Assembly (NCBI GenBank): GCA_963845565.1
Contig: CAWJSJ010000002.1
Location: 2,144,001-2,208,000 of the forward strand
Length of the DNA stretch: 64,000 nt
Source: an uncultured Methylomirabilota bacterium
GTDB taxonomy: Bacteria > Methylomirabilota > Methylomirabilia > Methylomirabilales > 2-02-FULL-66-22
Reading direction: 5' to 3'
Every line of letters starts with the position of its first letter. The stretch's first letter is position 1. Under the pieces are notes generated by a model. The model had not been told where the DNA came from. It ran no database searches and saw nothing but the letters and a program-made list of their open reading frames with translations. Of the stretch, positions 27,850 through 38,644 are shown piece after piece. The position numbers were made by a program, and so were the translations under genes.

Positions 27850-30251
27850 TAAGCGATGGTCGCCGCCCTGACCTGCTGGAGGGTGGTGCGACCCTGCAGA
27901 ACCTTGATCGCCCCGTCCTGCAGGAGGGTGGTCATTCCCTCGTCCACGGCCACCTTCCGAAGCTGCTCGGCGGTGGCGCGTTTCAGGATCGCGCGCTTGA
28001 TCCGGTCGGTCCCGAGCAGGAGCTCGTGCAGGCCGAGCCGGCCGTGGAGCCCGCTGCCCCGGCAGAGGTCGCAGCCCGTGCCGCGATACAGGACGAGGCC
28101 GTCCGTATAGGTGTACCCGAGCGTCTCCAAGACCGCCAAGCCGCACACCCGGGCCAGCTCGTCGAACTCCTCTTTGGGCGGATGGTACGCCTCGCGGCAT
28201 TTCGCGCAGACCGCCCGGCACAGCCGCTGGGCCAGCACCCCCACCAGGGCGTCGGCGACGCCGAAGCAGTCCAATCCCAGGTCCAGCAGGCGTGAGACGG
28301 TCTCCACGGCGCCGCCCGCGCGCAGGGTGCCGAGGACCAGATGGCCTGCCAGCGCTGCCTCGAGGAGCGCATCCCAGGTGTCCTGGGTCCGCACGGCATC
28401 CACCGCGATCACGTCCGGGTCGGCGCGGAGCGCCGCGCGGACGGCCGCGGCGACGGTCACGCCGCGTGCGGGTTGGACCTGGACTCGGCGCAGACCGGTG
28501 TGGGCCGTCTCGATCGGGTCTTGGATACTCCAGACCTTGCGCTCGACCGCATCGACGGCACCGAGGATGGCGCCGAGCGCAGCGGTGGCGCCGGCGCCCG
28601 GCGGGCTCCCGCAGAGGAACAAGCCAGCGGGTCTGGACGCGATCGCGTGAAGGGTGTGGAGGTTTCGCTCGGCGAGACCGAGTTGGTCCAGCGACAGGGG
28701 CACGCTCGCCGGCAGGAGGTGCATCACCAGGTCCTCGTTCGACCCGGCCGTCGGGAGCGTGGCGACGCGCAGGGCGACCTCTCGGTTGTCGACGACATAC
28801 GTTCCCCGACCCTCCTGGGGCGCGCGCCGCTCGGCGGGATCGAGTCCGGCCACGGCCTTGCAGTGAGCCACCAGGGCCAGCCCCTCTGCCGCCGGCAGCG
28901 TGGTATGCTCGACACACAGACCGTCCACCCGGAAACGAATGACGCACGCCCGCTGGCCGCCCTGCGGCTCGAGGTGCACGTGCGACGCCCCGACCCGGCA
29001 GGCGTCACGCATGATCTGATCGGCGACTCGGGTGCCGGCCGCCTCGCTCGCCTCCCCAGGCTTACTTCCCTGGTCCTCTCCGGTCTGCCCCATGGGCATT
29101 TCCGGCTCCCGCTGGTGGGCCACCTCGTCCGCCGTGTCTTCCGCGGCCGCTTCGCAGACCAGCGGCGCGGTTGCGACGGAGACCGGTGCCTCTGCATCGA
29201 CGGACCGGCTCGGCGTGTCCGCAACGGACGCATCGTCAGGCGTGCGACCGGCAGGGCCGGTCACCGCGTCGAGGAATCGCAGGATATCCGCGCGCAGACC
29301 GACGGCGAACCGGATGGGCCGGCCAGGGAAGGTCCGCTTGATATCCTGGATACGGTTCAGGTGATTTGGGTCGTCGCTCAGGATATGGACGCCGTCCTTG
29401 TCGTGCTTCAGGGGAATCCAGCCGTTGTTCCGCAGGGTTTCGGGATTCACGCTGTCGAGCAGAGTCGGATCGAGGCTCGTCGCGCCGTCGTATTCGATGA
29501 AGGGGCACCGGTAGAACTGGCTGAGGGACTTCCCGATGTCCGCCCTGGGGACCTGGTACTGCTCCAGCAGGACCGTTTCGACGTCAACCTGACCCTGCTG
29601 CGCCTCCCGGATCGCCTGCTCCAAATCGGCTTGGGTGATCCGGTTGTGGGCTACCAGATAGTCGAACTTGGTGGGGATCCGCCGGGAGACCTTGAGTCGG
29701 TTGAAAAACGCGATCCCCAATGTCTGGGCGAGTTCGGAGACCGCGTCCTCGTCCTTCTGGGTGAATCGTCCGCCACTCTTCTTGTTCACGAGCTGTATCA
29801 CGCCCATCAGATACTTGCCATCGGCCACGATCGGGTAGGTCAGGATCTGCTTGGTGCGGAATCCGCTCTTCCGGTCCCAGGAGCTGTCGAACGTGAGCGC
29901 CGGGCTGACGGCGCGAAGCTCGGCGCGGCTGTACGCGTCCGCGATGTTCACGGGGCGGCGGAACTTGGCAGCGAAGCCGGCGATGCTCTGCTCGCTGATG
30001 GGGACGCGGATCTCGCGGATCTTGTTGATATCGAGAAACTTGGAGTAGATCTCGCGCCGTTCGGCGTCCACGACGTACAGGGTCAGCAGCTCCGCGTCGA
30101 GCACCTGGAGGATCTCATCCTTGAGGTCCACCACGATGTGGTCCAAATCCTTGGCAGAATGGATCCGATTGATGATCTCTTTGACGTGTTCCGCGCGGGC
30201 GACTTTCTGCTCGAGTTCTTCCACCCTACTGGAACGGCCTTCGGTCTCCAT
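27849..30251 (-). CDS. GAF domain plus GspE/PilB-like ATPase with degenerate catalytic motifs
   Basis: N-terminal GAF (FD..WDRKSGFRTKQIL..P, GVIQLVNK). RFRVDG, ERRAPQEGR, LRADPDVI, AQRL, CxxC...CxxC. Walker A reads GSPPGAGAT. Confidence 0.82.
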   Translation of the reverse strand: METEGRSSRVEELEQKVARAEHVKEIINRIHSAKDLDHIVVDLKDEILQVLDAELLTLYVVDAERREIYSKFLDINKIREIRVPISEQSIAGFAAKFRRPVNIADAYSRAELRAVSPALTFDSSWDRKSGFRTKQILTYPIVADGKYLMGVIQLVNKKSGGRFTQKDEDAVSELAQTLGIAFFNRLKVSRRIPTKFDYLVAHNRITQADLEQAIREAQQGQVDVETVLLEQYQVPRADIGKSLSQFYRCPFIEYDGATSLDPTLLDSVNPETLRNNGWIPLKHDKDGVHILSDDPNHLNRIQDIKRTFPGRPIRFAVGLRADILRFLDAVTGPAGRTPDDASVADTPSRSVDAEAPVSVATAPLVCEAAAEDTADEVAHQREPEMPMGQTGEDQGSKPGEASEAAGTRVADQIMRDACRVGASHVHLEPQGGQRACVIRFRVDGLCVEHTTLPAAEGLALVAHCKAVAGLDPAERRAPQEGRGTYVVDNREVALRVATLPTAGSNEDLVMHLLPASVPLSLDQLGLAERNLHTLHAIASRPAGLFLCGSPPGAGATAALGAILGAVDAVERKVWSIQDPIETAHTGLRRVQVQPARGVTVAAAVRAALRADPDVIAVDAVRTQDTWDALLEAALAGHLVLGTLRAGGAVETVSRLLDLGLDCFGVADALVGVLAQRLCRAVCAKCREAYHPPKEEFDELARVCGLAVLETLGYTYTDGLVLYRGTGCDLCRGSGLHGRLGLHELLLGTDRIKRAILKRATAEQLRKVAVDEGMTTLLQDGAIKVLQGRTTLQQVRAATIA

Positions 30252-30574
30252 GTGTCTCACTCCCCCTGCCTTCCGGCGCAGGTCCATCCGCGTCGCGTGC
30301 CCCTGGTGCCTTTGGGGTGACCCGAGGACGGTGCGCGGTGAGCCGCCGCCCTTCCCGGGTCTGGGACGAGTTGCCGGCAGAAGACTAGCGATCGTTTTTG
30401 GCGAAGGCAAGTTGAAAGATGACCTGCGACATTCGCTTGCCCAGCGGGTCGCCTGGCAGTATGCTCTCGCGCGATCACATGCGAGGGTGCGACCCAGGGG
30501 CACCCCCGCCGGGCACGACCATTATTGCCCCGGCTCCTCCACCTGGGGGAGGTGCCCCCGTTCAGGAGGCCCCC

Positions 30575-33127
30575 GTGATTCCTGTCCATGGTTTCAACGT
30601 CATCCCGCGGATCCCGGATCAACTGCAAGGACTCTTCCGTATCGCGATGAATCTGTGGTGGTGTTGGGACCCGGAGGCGATCGACGTTTTTCGCCATCTG
30701 GACCGTATGCTCTGGGAGCGGTGCTACGCCAACCCGATCCGGATGCTGGGTCTGGTGTCTCAGGAGCGACTGGCCGAGCTGGCCACCGACGAAGGATACC
30801 TGGCCATGCTCGACCGAGTCGGCGCGCGCCTCTCCCATTACCTGGAGCGGCCGACATGGTTCGCGCAGACCCACGGAAAGAGCGGCCTTCAGGTGGCCTA
30901 CTTCTGCGCGGAGTTCGGCATCGTGGAGGGGGTCCGCTTGTACTCGGGCGGTCTCGGCATCTTGGCGGGCGATCATCTCAAGTCGGCCAGCGACCTGGGC
31001 ATCCCCCTCACGGCGGTGGGGCTGCTCTACCGCCGAGGGTATTTTCGCCAGTACCTGAACGCCGACGGCTGGCAGCAAGAACAGTATCCGGAGGCCGATT
31101 TCCATGCGCTCCCCCTGTCGCTGGAGCGAGGGCCAGACGGCAACCCGATGACCGTCTCGGTGGAGTTCCCCGGCCGGACCGTGCAGGTGCAGGTGTGGCG
31201 GGCTCAGGTCGGTCGCGTCCCGCTCTACCTCATGGACACGGACATAGACGCCAACCGGCCCGAGGACCGCGCGGTGACCTCCACGCTCTACGGCGGGGAC
31301 AAGGACCTGCGCATCCGACAGGAGATCGTCCTGGGCATCGGGGGGTTGCGGGCCCTCACGATGCTGGGGATCCAGCCCACGGTCTGCCACATGAACGAAG
31401 GGCACGCGGCCTTTCTGGCCGCCGAGCGGATCCGACAGGTGATGGAACGGTTCGGCGTCCGGTTCGCCGAGGCCAAGGAGGTGGTGGCGGCGAGCAACGT
31501 CTTCACCACCCACACGCCTGTCCCCGCCGGCATCGACGTCTTCCCTCCGGATCTGGTGGATCGGTATTTCGGTCCGACCTACGCGCAGTTCGGGCTCACG
31601 CGAGAGGCGTTTCTGGCGGCAGGTCGCCAGAATCCGGCGGACGGAAACGAACCGTTCTCCATGGCCGTCCTGGCCATCCGGCTTTCCGGGGCCACCAACG
31701 GCGTGAGCGCCCTGCATGCGCGGGTGTCGCGGCGGATGTGGGGCGGGTTATGGCCGGACGTGCCGGTGAACGATCTGCCGATCACCTCCATCACCAACGG
31801 GGTGCACGTGCGTGGCTGGCTGTCCCAGGACATGGCCGGCTTGTTCGACGCGTACCTCGGGCCGCGGTGGGTCTCCCATCCGGCCGATCAGTCGGTCTGG
31901 GAGCGGGTCGAGCAGATCCCGGACGCCGAGTTGTGGCGCACCCACGAACGGCGGCGCGAGCGGCTGGTGGGCTTCGCCCGGCGGCGGCTCCGGATGCAGC
32001 TGGAACAGCGAGGCGCCCCCTCCGCCGAGCGGGAGCTGGCCGAGGAGGTCCTGGATCCCAAGGCCCTGACCATCGGTTTCGCCCGGCGTTTCGCGACCTA
32101 CAAGCGCGCCACCCTGCTTTTCAGGGATCCCGCCCGGCTCGGACGAATCCTGTCCGATCCGCAGCGGCCGGTGCAGCTCATCTTCGCCGGGAAAGCCCAT
32201 CCCGCCGACCACGAGGGGAAGGACTTCATCAGGCAGGTGGTCCACTTCGCTCGGCAACCCGAGTTCCGCCAGCGGATCGTCTTCCTGGAAGACTACGATA
32301 TCAAGGTGGGCCGGTACCTGTACCAGGGTGTGGACGTGTGGCTGAATACGCCCCGCCGCCCCCTGGAGGCCAGCGGCACCAGCGGGATGAAAGCCACGGC
32401 CAACGGCGCCATCAACATCAGTGTCCTGGACGGTTGGTGGGACGAGGCCTACGACGGAACCAACGGGTGGGCGATCGGGCGTGGCGAGGAATACGAGGAT
32501 ACCGGTTACCAGGACCAGGTGGAGAGCCAGGCCCTCTACCAGATCCTGGAGAGCGAGGCCGTGCCGATGTTCTACGCCCGGAGCCGGGACGGGTTGCCGC
32601 GGGAGTGGATCCGCCGCATGAAACACGCCATGCGGACGGTTTGCCCGGTCTTCAGCGCCACCCGCATGGTGCGGGAGTACACCGACCTGTTGTACGTTCC
32701 CGCCGGCGGGCGATGGGAGCGCTTGGGGGCGGACGGCCTGGCCCGGGCGCGCGCCCTCGCGACCTGGCGAGAGCGGGTGCAGGCGGCCTGGAAAGATGTC
32801 GCGGTGCGGGCCGTGCGCGCCGACACGGTCACGCCGCTGGAGGCGGGCGGCACGCGGGTAGTGCAGGCCGACGTGGCCTTGGGTGCCCTGCGTCCGGAAG
32901 ACGTCGCGGTCGCGCTGTACGCCGGGCCGATCGGCGGACAGGGGGAGATCCTCGACCCGGCCGTGTCGGAAATGAAGGTCGAGGGCGCGATGCGGGACGG
33001 CGTCTTCGTGTTCGGCGGGACGCTGTCGGGGCGCGACGCCGGCCGCCACGGTTTCCGGGTCCGCGTTCTGCCGGCCCACGAAGATCTCGCCAGCCCACTC
33101 ACGCTCAACTGCATCGCCTGGGGGTAG
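30575..33127 (+). CDS. glgP: Alpha-glucan (glycogen) phosphorylase
   Basis: YSGGLGILAGDHLKSASD, HMNEGH, FARRFATYKR, EASGTSGMK (PLP lysine). Confidence 0.95.
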   Translation: MIPVHGFNVIPRIPDQLQGLFRIAMNLWWCWDPEAIDVFRHLDRMLWERCYANPIRMLGLVSQERLAELATDEGYLAMLDRVGARLSHYLERPTWFAQTHGKSGLQVAYFCAEFGIVEGVRLYSGGLGILAGDHLKSASDLGIPLTAVGLLYRRGYFRQYLNADGWQQEQYPEADFHALPLSLERGPDGNPMTVSVEFPGRTVQVQVWRAQVGRVPLYLMDTDIDANRPEDRAVTSTLYGGDKDLRIRQEIVLGIGGLRALTMLGIQPTVCHMNEGHAAFLAAERIRQVMERFGVRFAEAKEVVAASNVFTTHTPVPAGIDVFPPDLVDRYFGPTYAQFGLTREAFLAAGRQNPADGNEPFSMAVLAIRLSGATNGVSALHARVSRRMWGGLWPDVPVNDLPITSITNGVHVRGWLSQDMAGLFDAYLGPRWVSHPADQSVWERVEQIPDAELWRTHERRRERLVGFARRRLRMQLEQRGAPSAERELAEEVLDPKALTIGFARRFATYKRATLLFRDPARLGRILSDPQRPVQLIFAGKAHPADHEGKDFIRQVVHFARQPEFRQRIVFLEDYDIKVGRYLYQGVDVWLNTPRRPLEASGTSGMKATANGAINISVLDGWWDEAYDGTNGWAIGRGEEYEDTGYQDQVESQALYQILESEAVPMFYARSRDGLPREWIRRMKHAMRTVCPVFSATRMVREYTDLLYVPAGGRWERLGADGLARARALATWRERVQAAWKDVAVRAVRADTVTPLEAGGTRVVQADVALGALRPEDVAVALYAGPIGGQGEILDPAVSEMKVEGAMRDGVFVFGGTLSGRDAGRHGFRVRVLPAHEDLASPLTLNCIAWG

Positions 33128-33221
33128 GCCGTTCCCGGTGCGAGAAACTGGTGGACCAGCGAGGAGTGCTGTGGTATGTAAATGGCCCCCGCGGGTCACG
33201 GAGGGCGGGAATGCACGCGGC

Positions 33222-33298
33222 GGGCGCTTAGCTCAGCTGGTTAGAGCGCCGTCTTCACACGGCGGAGGTCGCTGGTTCGATCCCAGCAGCGCCCACCA
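33222..33298 (+). tRNA. tRNA-Val (CAC)
   Basis: GGGCGCT acceptor stem, TAGCTCAGCTGGTTAGAGC D arm, anticodon loop TTCACAC, GGTTCGATCC T loop, encoded CCA. Confidence 0.95.
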
Positions 33299-33306
33299 TG
33301 TCAACG

Positions 33307-33343
33307 AACGGGGTTGGCCTGTCGGCCGACCCCGTTTCTCTTT
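33307..33343 (+). terminator. Intrinsic terminator after the tRNA
   Basis: AACGGGGTTGGCC-loop-GGCCGACCCCGTT followed by TCTCTTT. Confidence 0.7.
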
Positions 33344-33403
33344 GGCGCAAGGCCGGTCGGCGGGTGTGACGCGATGCGGTCTGGCAGCGGACGGAGGACG
33401 CGG

Positions 33404-34645
33404 ATGAAACGATGCGGTGCGGATGCGGTCGGAGTGCGGCAGGCGGGAAATCGTCGGTCTGGGCGAATCGCAGCCGCGTTGTTGCTGCTGGCAGGGGCGC
33501 TGGCGTTACTGGTGCAGCCGGCCCTGGCGGCCGGGCCGCGCGGGCGTGCAGCAAAGCCTGCGGCGACGCAGGCGGAGCCGCGGACGAAAGCACTGGCGGG
33601 CCCAGCGACCCCGTCGTGGATCGTGGTCCACGCCGCCACGGGCGAGGAGTTGGCGAGCCAGGAGCCGGATCGCCCGGGCGCGCCGGCCTCCATGACAAAG
33701 ATGATGCTGGCGCTGGTGGTGATGGAGGCGGTGAAGGACGGGCAGCTCACCATGGCCGATCCGGTGCCGACGTCCCGATTGGCCAGCAAGATGGGCGGCT
33801 CGCAGGTCTTTCTGAAGGAAGGGGAGAGCTTCTCGGTGGAGGATATGCTGGCGGGCCTGCTCATCGGGTCGGCCAACGATGCCGCCGTCGCGCTGGCCGA
33901 GCGCCTCACGGGGAGCGTGGAGGCGACGATCCAGCGGATGAACGATCGGGCGGGCTCGCTCAAGCTCACCCAGACCAAATTCGGATCGGTCCACGGCCTG
34001 CCCCCGTCCCCGGGGCAGGCGGGGGACGTGACCACTCCCAGGGACATGGCGCGGGTTGGGCAGGAGTTGCTCAAGTATCCGGAAATCCTCCGCTGGACGG
34101 GAACGCCCGAGGCCCCCTTCCGGGGCGGGAGCTTCATCCTGCGGAACAGCAACAAACTGATCGGCAAGTTCCCCGGCATGGACGGAATCAAGACCGGGCA
34201 CTTCGCCGAGGCCGGCTACAACGTGGCGGTCACCGCCAAGCGAGGAAATCTGCGGCTGGTCGCCGTGGTCATGGGCGCCCCCACGAACCAGGCGCGCTTC
34301 ACCGAGGCGGCGCGACTGCTGGGCGAGGGGTTCAATCGGTTCACCGAGGTGAGCGTGGTCAAGGCCGGCGCCCCGGTGGGCAGTGAGCTCCGGATCGCCC
34401 GAGCCAAGGGGCCGTTCCGGCCGCTGGCCAAGAACGACGTCCAGATCCTGATCAAGCGCGAAGAGAAGGACGCGCTCAAGACCAGCGTGGAGATCCAGCC
34501 CAACCTCGCCGCGCCGCTGGCCAAGGGGCAGGTCGTGGGGGCGTTGATCGTGCGCGTGGGGGAGCGCGAGGTGGCGCGGACCCCGGTGGTGACGGCCGGG
34601 GAGGTAGCGCGCAAGTCCTTCTGGTGGCTCACGCCGTGGAAGTGA
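33404..34645 (+). CDS. D-alanyl-D-alanine carboxypeptidase (peptidase S11)
   Basis: PASMTK, SAN and KTG motifs. Start uncertain. Confidence 0.92.
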   Translation: MKRCGADAVGVRQAGNRRSGRIAAALLLLAGALALLVQPALAAGPRGRAAKPAATQAEPRTKALAGPATPSWIVVHAATGEELASQEPDRPGAPASMTKMMLALVVMEAVKDGQLTMADPVPTSRLASKMGGSQVFLKEGESFSVEDMLAGLLIGSANDAAVALAERLTGSVEATIQRMNDRAGSLKLTQTKFGSVHGLPPSPGQAGDVTTPRDMARVGQELLKYPEILRWTGTPEAPFRGGSFILRNSNKLIGKFPGMDGIKTGHFAEAGYNVAVTAKRGNLRLVAVVMGAPTNQARFTEAARLLGEGFNRFTEVSVVKAGAPVGSELRIARAKGPFRPLAKNDVQILIKREEKDALKTSVEIQPNLAAPLAKGQVVGALIVRVGEREVARTPVVTAGEVARKSFWWLTPWK

Positions 34646-34834
34646 GCACGTACCGACAGCGACAGGGAGAGGGGCAGAGCGGGGAAGCGCCGCACGCGGG
34701 GGCCGGATTCGAGCCTCGGCGTTGACAATTCGCGCCCCGGGTGGCTGTGTTGACGATCGGTTTCTGGTCGCCTATCCTGGGGTCATGGCACAACCTGGGA
34801 CGGCGCTCCTTGCCGGCCGACACGAGTGGATTGC

Positions 34835-35974
34835 ATGGGCGCGCTTGCCTTTATCTGGAAAAATATCACGCGAAATCGTCGACGGACGGTTCTGACCATC
34901 CTGAGCATCGCGTTGTCGTTGTTCTTGCTGTCGACATTGATGACGGTGCTCACGGAACTGGGGCGGGAATCGCCGGATGGCGATCAACATCTGCGCCTGG
35001 TGGTGCGACGGGCAAGCTCGCTGGGGGACCCGCTACCCGAATCCTATCTGGACAAGCTGAAACGTGTTCCCGGGGTTCGGATGGTGCACACGCTGAGCTG
35101 GTTCGGCGGCCTCTACGTGGATGAGCGGAACTTCTTCGCCAATTTCGGCTGTGACCCCGAGACGCTCTTTCCGATGTTCAACGAGAACCGCCTCCCACCC
35201 GAGCAGCTTTCCGCGTTCAAGAAGGAGCGGACCGCGGCCGTGGCGGGTCGCAAACTGGCGGAACGGTTCAAGTGGCGGCTGGGCGACAAGATCACGCTGC
35301 TGGGGACGATCTACCCGGTGGACTTGGAGTTCACACTGCGCGGGATCTACACCGGGCTGGACGAGACGGCGTTCTTTTTCCACCACGCCTACCTGGACGA
35401 GGCGCTGGGCCGGACGGGGAAAGTGGGCACCTTCTGGCTGAAGGCGGCCTCGGCGGCGGAGGTGCCGGTGATCGCCGAGCGCGTGGATGCCATGTTCAAG
35501 AACAGCGACGCCGAGACCAAGACGGAGACCGAGCGTGCGTTTCAGCTCGGCTTCGTGGCCATGCTTGGCAACATCAAGACCTTGATCAGCAGCATCTCCA
35601 GCGTGGTGGTGTTCACCATCCTGCTCGTCACCGCCAACACCATGGCCATGTCCATCCGCGAGCGTGCGCGGGAGATCGCCATCCTGAAGACGCTGGGGTT
35701 CACCCGGCGCCGGCTCCTGGGCCTCCTGGTGGCCGAGTCGGCCGCCATCGCGCTGGCGGGCGGCCTCCTGGGGACGCTCGGCGCCCGGCTCTTCTACTCC
35801 CTGGTCGATGTGTGGAAGCACACCCAGGGCTTCTTTCCCATCTTCGTCGTCGAGCCCGAAACCATCACGATCGGGCTGCTGCTCTCGGTCCTGATCGGCG
35901 TCACCAGCGCCGCGGTGCCCGCCTACCGCGTGAGTCGGCAAACCATCGCCCACGCGCTGCGCCGGACGGGGTGA
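34835..35974 (+). CDS. MacB/FtsX-type ABC permease
   Basis: RNRRRTVLT, ANTMAMSIRER.REIAILKTLGF. Confidence 0.9.
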   Translation: MGALAFIWKNITRNRRRTVLTILSIALSLFLLSTLMTVLTELGRESPDGDQHLRLVVRRASSLGDPLPESYLDKLKRVPGVRMVHTLSWFGGLYVDERNFFANFGCDPETLFPMFNENRLPPEQLSAFKKERTAAVAGRKLAERFKWRLGDKITLLGTIYPVDLEFTLRGIYTGLDETAFFFHHAYLDEALGRTGKVGTFWLKAASAAEVPVIAERVDAMFKNSDAETKTETERAFQLGFVAMLGNIKTLISSISSVVVFTILLVTANTMAMSIRERAREIAILKTLGFTRRRLLGLLVAESAAIALAGGLLGTLGARLFYSLVDVWKHTQGFFPIFVVEPETITIGLLLSVLIGVTSAAVPAYRVSRQTIAHALRRTG

Positions 35975-35983
35975 TCACCCGCC

Positions 35984-37147
35984 ATGGCCGTTCCGCTGGC
36001 GTATAACATCCGAAATCTCCGGGTCCGCGTCTTCAGCACGGTGATGACTATCTTCAGCGTGGGACTGGTGGTGGCGGTGTTCATCGGGGTGATGGCGCTG
36101 GCCCGGGGGCTGGAAGAGGCTTTCGTGGCCACCGGCGATCCGCTGAACGTGGTGGTGCTGCGGCAGGGGTCGCAGGTCGAGACGAGCAGTTCCGTCCGTC
36201 GCGACGCGTTGCAGGTGATCCGGTACTTGCCTGGCGTGGCCACGGACGCCGCGGGCGTGCCGCTGGTTTCCCCCGAGGTGATCGTGCTCTTGAACTTGCC
36301 GAAACGTTCCGATGGCCAGGGGGCCAACGTGCTCGTGCGGGGCTTGCGCGCCACGGGGTTCGAGCTTCGCCCCCAGGTACGGTTGATCCAGGGTCGGATG
36401 GCCCGGCTGGGACTCCGGGAGGTCATCGTCGGGCGATCCATCGCCGAGCGCTTCCAGAACGCCGGCCTGGGCGAGCGGCTGCGCTTCGGCCGGAGCCACT
36501 GGACCGTGGTGGGGATCTTCGAAGCCGGGCGGACCGCGTTCGGGTCCGAGATCTGGACGGACGCCACCGAACTCGCGGACGACTTCGACCGTGCCGACTA
36601 TTCCGCCGTGCTGCTTCGGGCCGAGAGCCCGCTGGCCCTGCGGACGATCACACGACGGATCGACGGCGATCAGCGTCTGCACCTCAAGGCGCAGGCCGAG
36701 CCCGAATACTACGCGGAGCAAACCAAGACGGCCGGGCCGATCAAGATCCTGGGGAGCTTCATGGCGGTCCTGATGGCCATCGGCGCCAGCTTCGCCGTGA
36801 TGAACACCATGTACGCCTCCGTGGCCCGCCGCAGTCGGGAGATCGGCGTCCTCCGCGTGCTGGGTTTCCAGCCGGCCAGCATCCTTCTCTCGTTTCTGGG
36901 GGAATCGGTGCTGCTGGCGCTGCTCGGCGGTCTGGTGGGCTGTCTCCTGGCGTTGCCGATTCACGGCCTGACCACCGGGACGATGAATTTTCGGACCTTC
37001 AGCGACATCTCCTTTGCCTTTCGAATCACGCCGGATCTGCTGTTGAATGGGCTCGGCTTCTCTCTGGCGATGGGTGCGTTGGGCGGTTTCCTGCCGGCCC
37101 GGCTGGCGTCGCGGCAACCGATGGTCGAGACCTTGCGGGAAGGGTGA
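35984..37147 (+). CDS. MacB/FtsX-type ABC permease
   Basis: NTMYASVARRSREIGVLRVLGF, GGFLPA. Confidence 0.9.
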   Translation: MAVPLAYNIRNLRVRVFSTVMTIFSVGLVVAVFIGVMALARGLEEAFVATGDPLNVVVLRQGSQVETSSSVRRDALQVIRYLPGVATDAAGVPLVSPEVIVLLNLPKRSDGQGANVLVRGLRATGFELRPQVRLIQGRMARLGLREVIVGRSIAERFQNAGLGERLRFGRSHWTVVGIFEAGRTAFGSEIWTDATELADDFDRADYSAVLLRAESPLALRTITRRIDGDQRLHLKAQAEPEYYAEQTKTAGPIKILGSFMAVLMAIGASFAVMNTMYASVARRSREIGVLRVLGFQPASILLSFLGESVLLALLGGLVGCLLALPIHGLTTGTMNFRTFSDISFAFRITPDLLLNGLGFSLAMGALGGFLPARLASRQPMVETLREG

Positions 37148-37267
37148 CGGAGCGAGCGGCGAGCCGCGAGCCGCGGATGGAGAGCCGAGCACGGAGAGTC
37201 GCAAGAAAGGCCGGTAGCTGATAGCTGAATGCTGATAGCTGATTGCTGACAAGGCACAGAGCATCCC

Positions 37268-38611
37268 ATGCCCGACACCGTTGACCACATGGACGAGGCG
37301 CTGCGTGCGCTGCGGATCGACCCGGAACGGCGCCGCCGGGGCCGCCGCCGCTCCGCATGGCTGCGGTACGGGGTCTTGGCGCTGGTGGGCCTCGCGATCG
37401 CGGGATACTTCTTCTCCCGGACCGGCCTGAACCCCGTCGAGGTGGAGGTCGCCGCGACGCAGCGGCTGGACCCCGGCGCCCCGACGCCGGTGCTGACCGC
37501 GGGAGGGTATATCATCCCACACCGCAAGGTCGAGTTGGCCCCGAAGATCACCGGGCGCGTGGAGTGGATCGGGGTGGAGAAGGGCGACGCAGTCACGCGA
37601 GGACAGGTGCTGCTCCGCATCGAACAGCGGGAATTCCTGGCCGCCGCGGACCGGGCCCAGGCTCTGCTCGCAGGCGCCCGCGCCCGGTTGCAAGAGCTGG
37701 AGGCCGGTTCCCGGCCCGAGGAGATCGAGCGGGCCCAGGCGGGCGTGGAGGAGGCGCGCTCGAACGTCGCCAACGCGGTGCTGGAGCTGGAGCGGTTCGA
37801 GCGGCTCCATGCGGACGGGGCGGTATCCCGGCAGACCTTGGACGTCGCCAAGAACCGGCACGAAGTGGCGCTGGCCCAGCAGGTGGCGGCTCAGACGAGC
37901 TACCAGTTGCTTCGGATCGGACCGCGCCGAGAGCAGATTGACGTCGCGCGCGCCCAGCTCCGCGAGGCCGAGGCCGTCGTCCGGGCGTCGCAGGTGGACC
38001 TGGACAGCACCGTGATCCGGGCACCGATCGCCGGCACGGTGCTCGAGCGACTGGTCGAGCCGGGCGAGATCGTGACGATATCCTTCATCGGCGGTCGCGG
38101 GGCCAAGTCGGCTGTCCTCTCCTTGGCCGACCTCGGGGTCCTGGACGTGGAAGTGGACGTCAGCCAGAACGAGATCGGCAAGGTGAGACTCGGCCAGCCG
38201 GCCAGCATCGTCGCCGATGCGTTCCCCGACCGGACCTACCAGGGGAGTGTCACGGAGATGGCGCCCGAGGCGAACCGACAGAAGGCAACCCTTCAGGTCA
38301 AGGTCCGCGTCGCACGGCCAGACGGCGTCATCCGTCCCGAGATGAACGCCAAGGTCACATTCCTCGAGCCGCCGTCGGGGCCGACCGGGCCGGCCAAGGT
38401 CTTCGCCCCGAAAGAGGCGGTGTTCAGCCGGGAGGCCCAGCGTTTCGTCTATCTGGTGGACGGCGGCAAAGCGAGCGCCCGCCCCGTGCGCGTCGGGGCG
38501 GAGGCGGACGGCCGGGTCGAGGTCCTCGAGGGGCTGGCGGGGGGCGAGCAGGTCGTGGTGCGCGGGGTCGAACTTCTGAAGGACGGGCAGCGAGTTCGCG
38601 TGAAGAAGTGA
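37268..38611 (+). CDS. Efflux periplasmic adaptor (MacA/HlyD-like)
   Basis: TM anchor, KITGRV..I.VEKGD, long coiled coil, IRAPIAG. Confidence 0.9.
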   Translation: MPDTVDHMDEALRALRIDPERRRRGRRRSAWLRYGVLALVGLAIAGYFFSRTGLNPVEVEVAATQRLDPGAPTPVLTAGGYIIPHRKVELAPKITGRVEWIGVEKGDAVTRGQVLLRIEQREFLAAADRAQALLAGARARLQELEAGSRPEEIERAQAGVEEARSNVANAVLELERFERLHADGAVSRQTLDVAKNRHEVALAQQVAAQTSYQLLRIGPRREQIDVARAQLREAEAVVRASQVDLDSTVIRAPIAGTVLERLVEPGEIVTISFIGGRGAKSAVLSLADLGVLDVEVDVSQNEIGKVRLGQPASIVADAFPDRTYQGSVTEMAPEANRQKATLQVKVRVARPDGVIRPEMNAKVTFLEPPSGPTGPAKVFAPKEAVFSREAQRFVYLVDGGKASARPVRVGAEADGRVEVLEGLAGGEQVVVRGVELLKDGQRVRVKK

Positions 38612-38644
38612 GCGCTCGCGGGCTGGTGGAGTCGTTCCGAGATC

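Noticed and set aside
33222..33298. tRNA-Val as an integration site
   Set aside because: I found no duplicated tRNA 3' end and no integrase nearby. The xerD gene appears to be the housekeeping copy.
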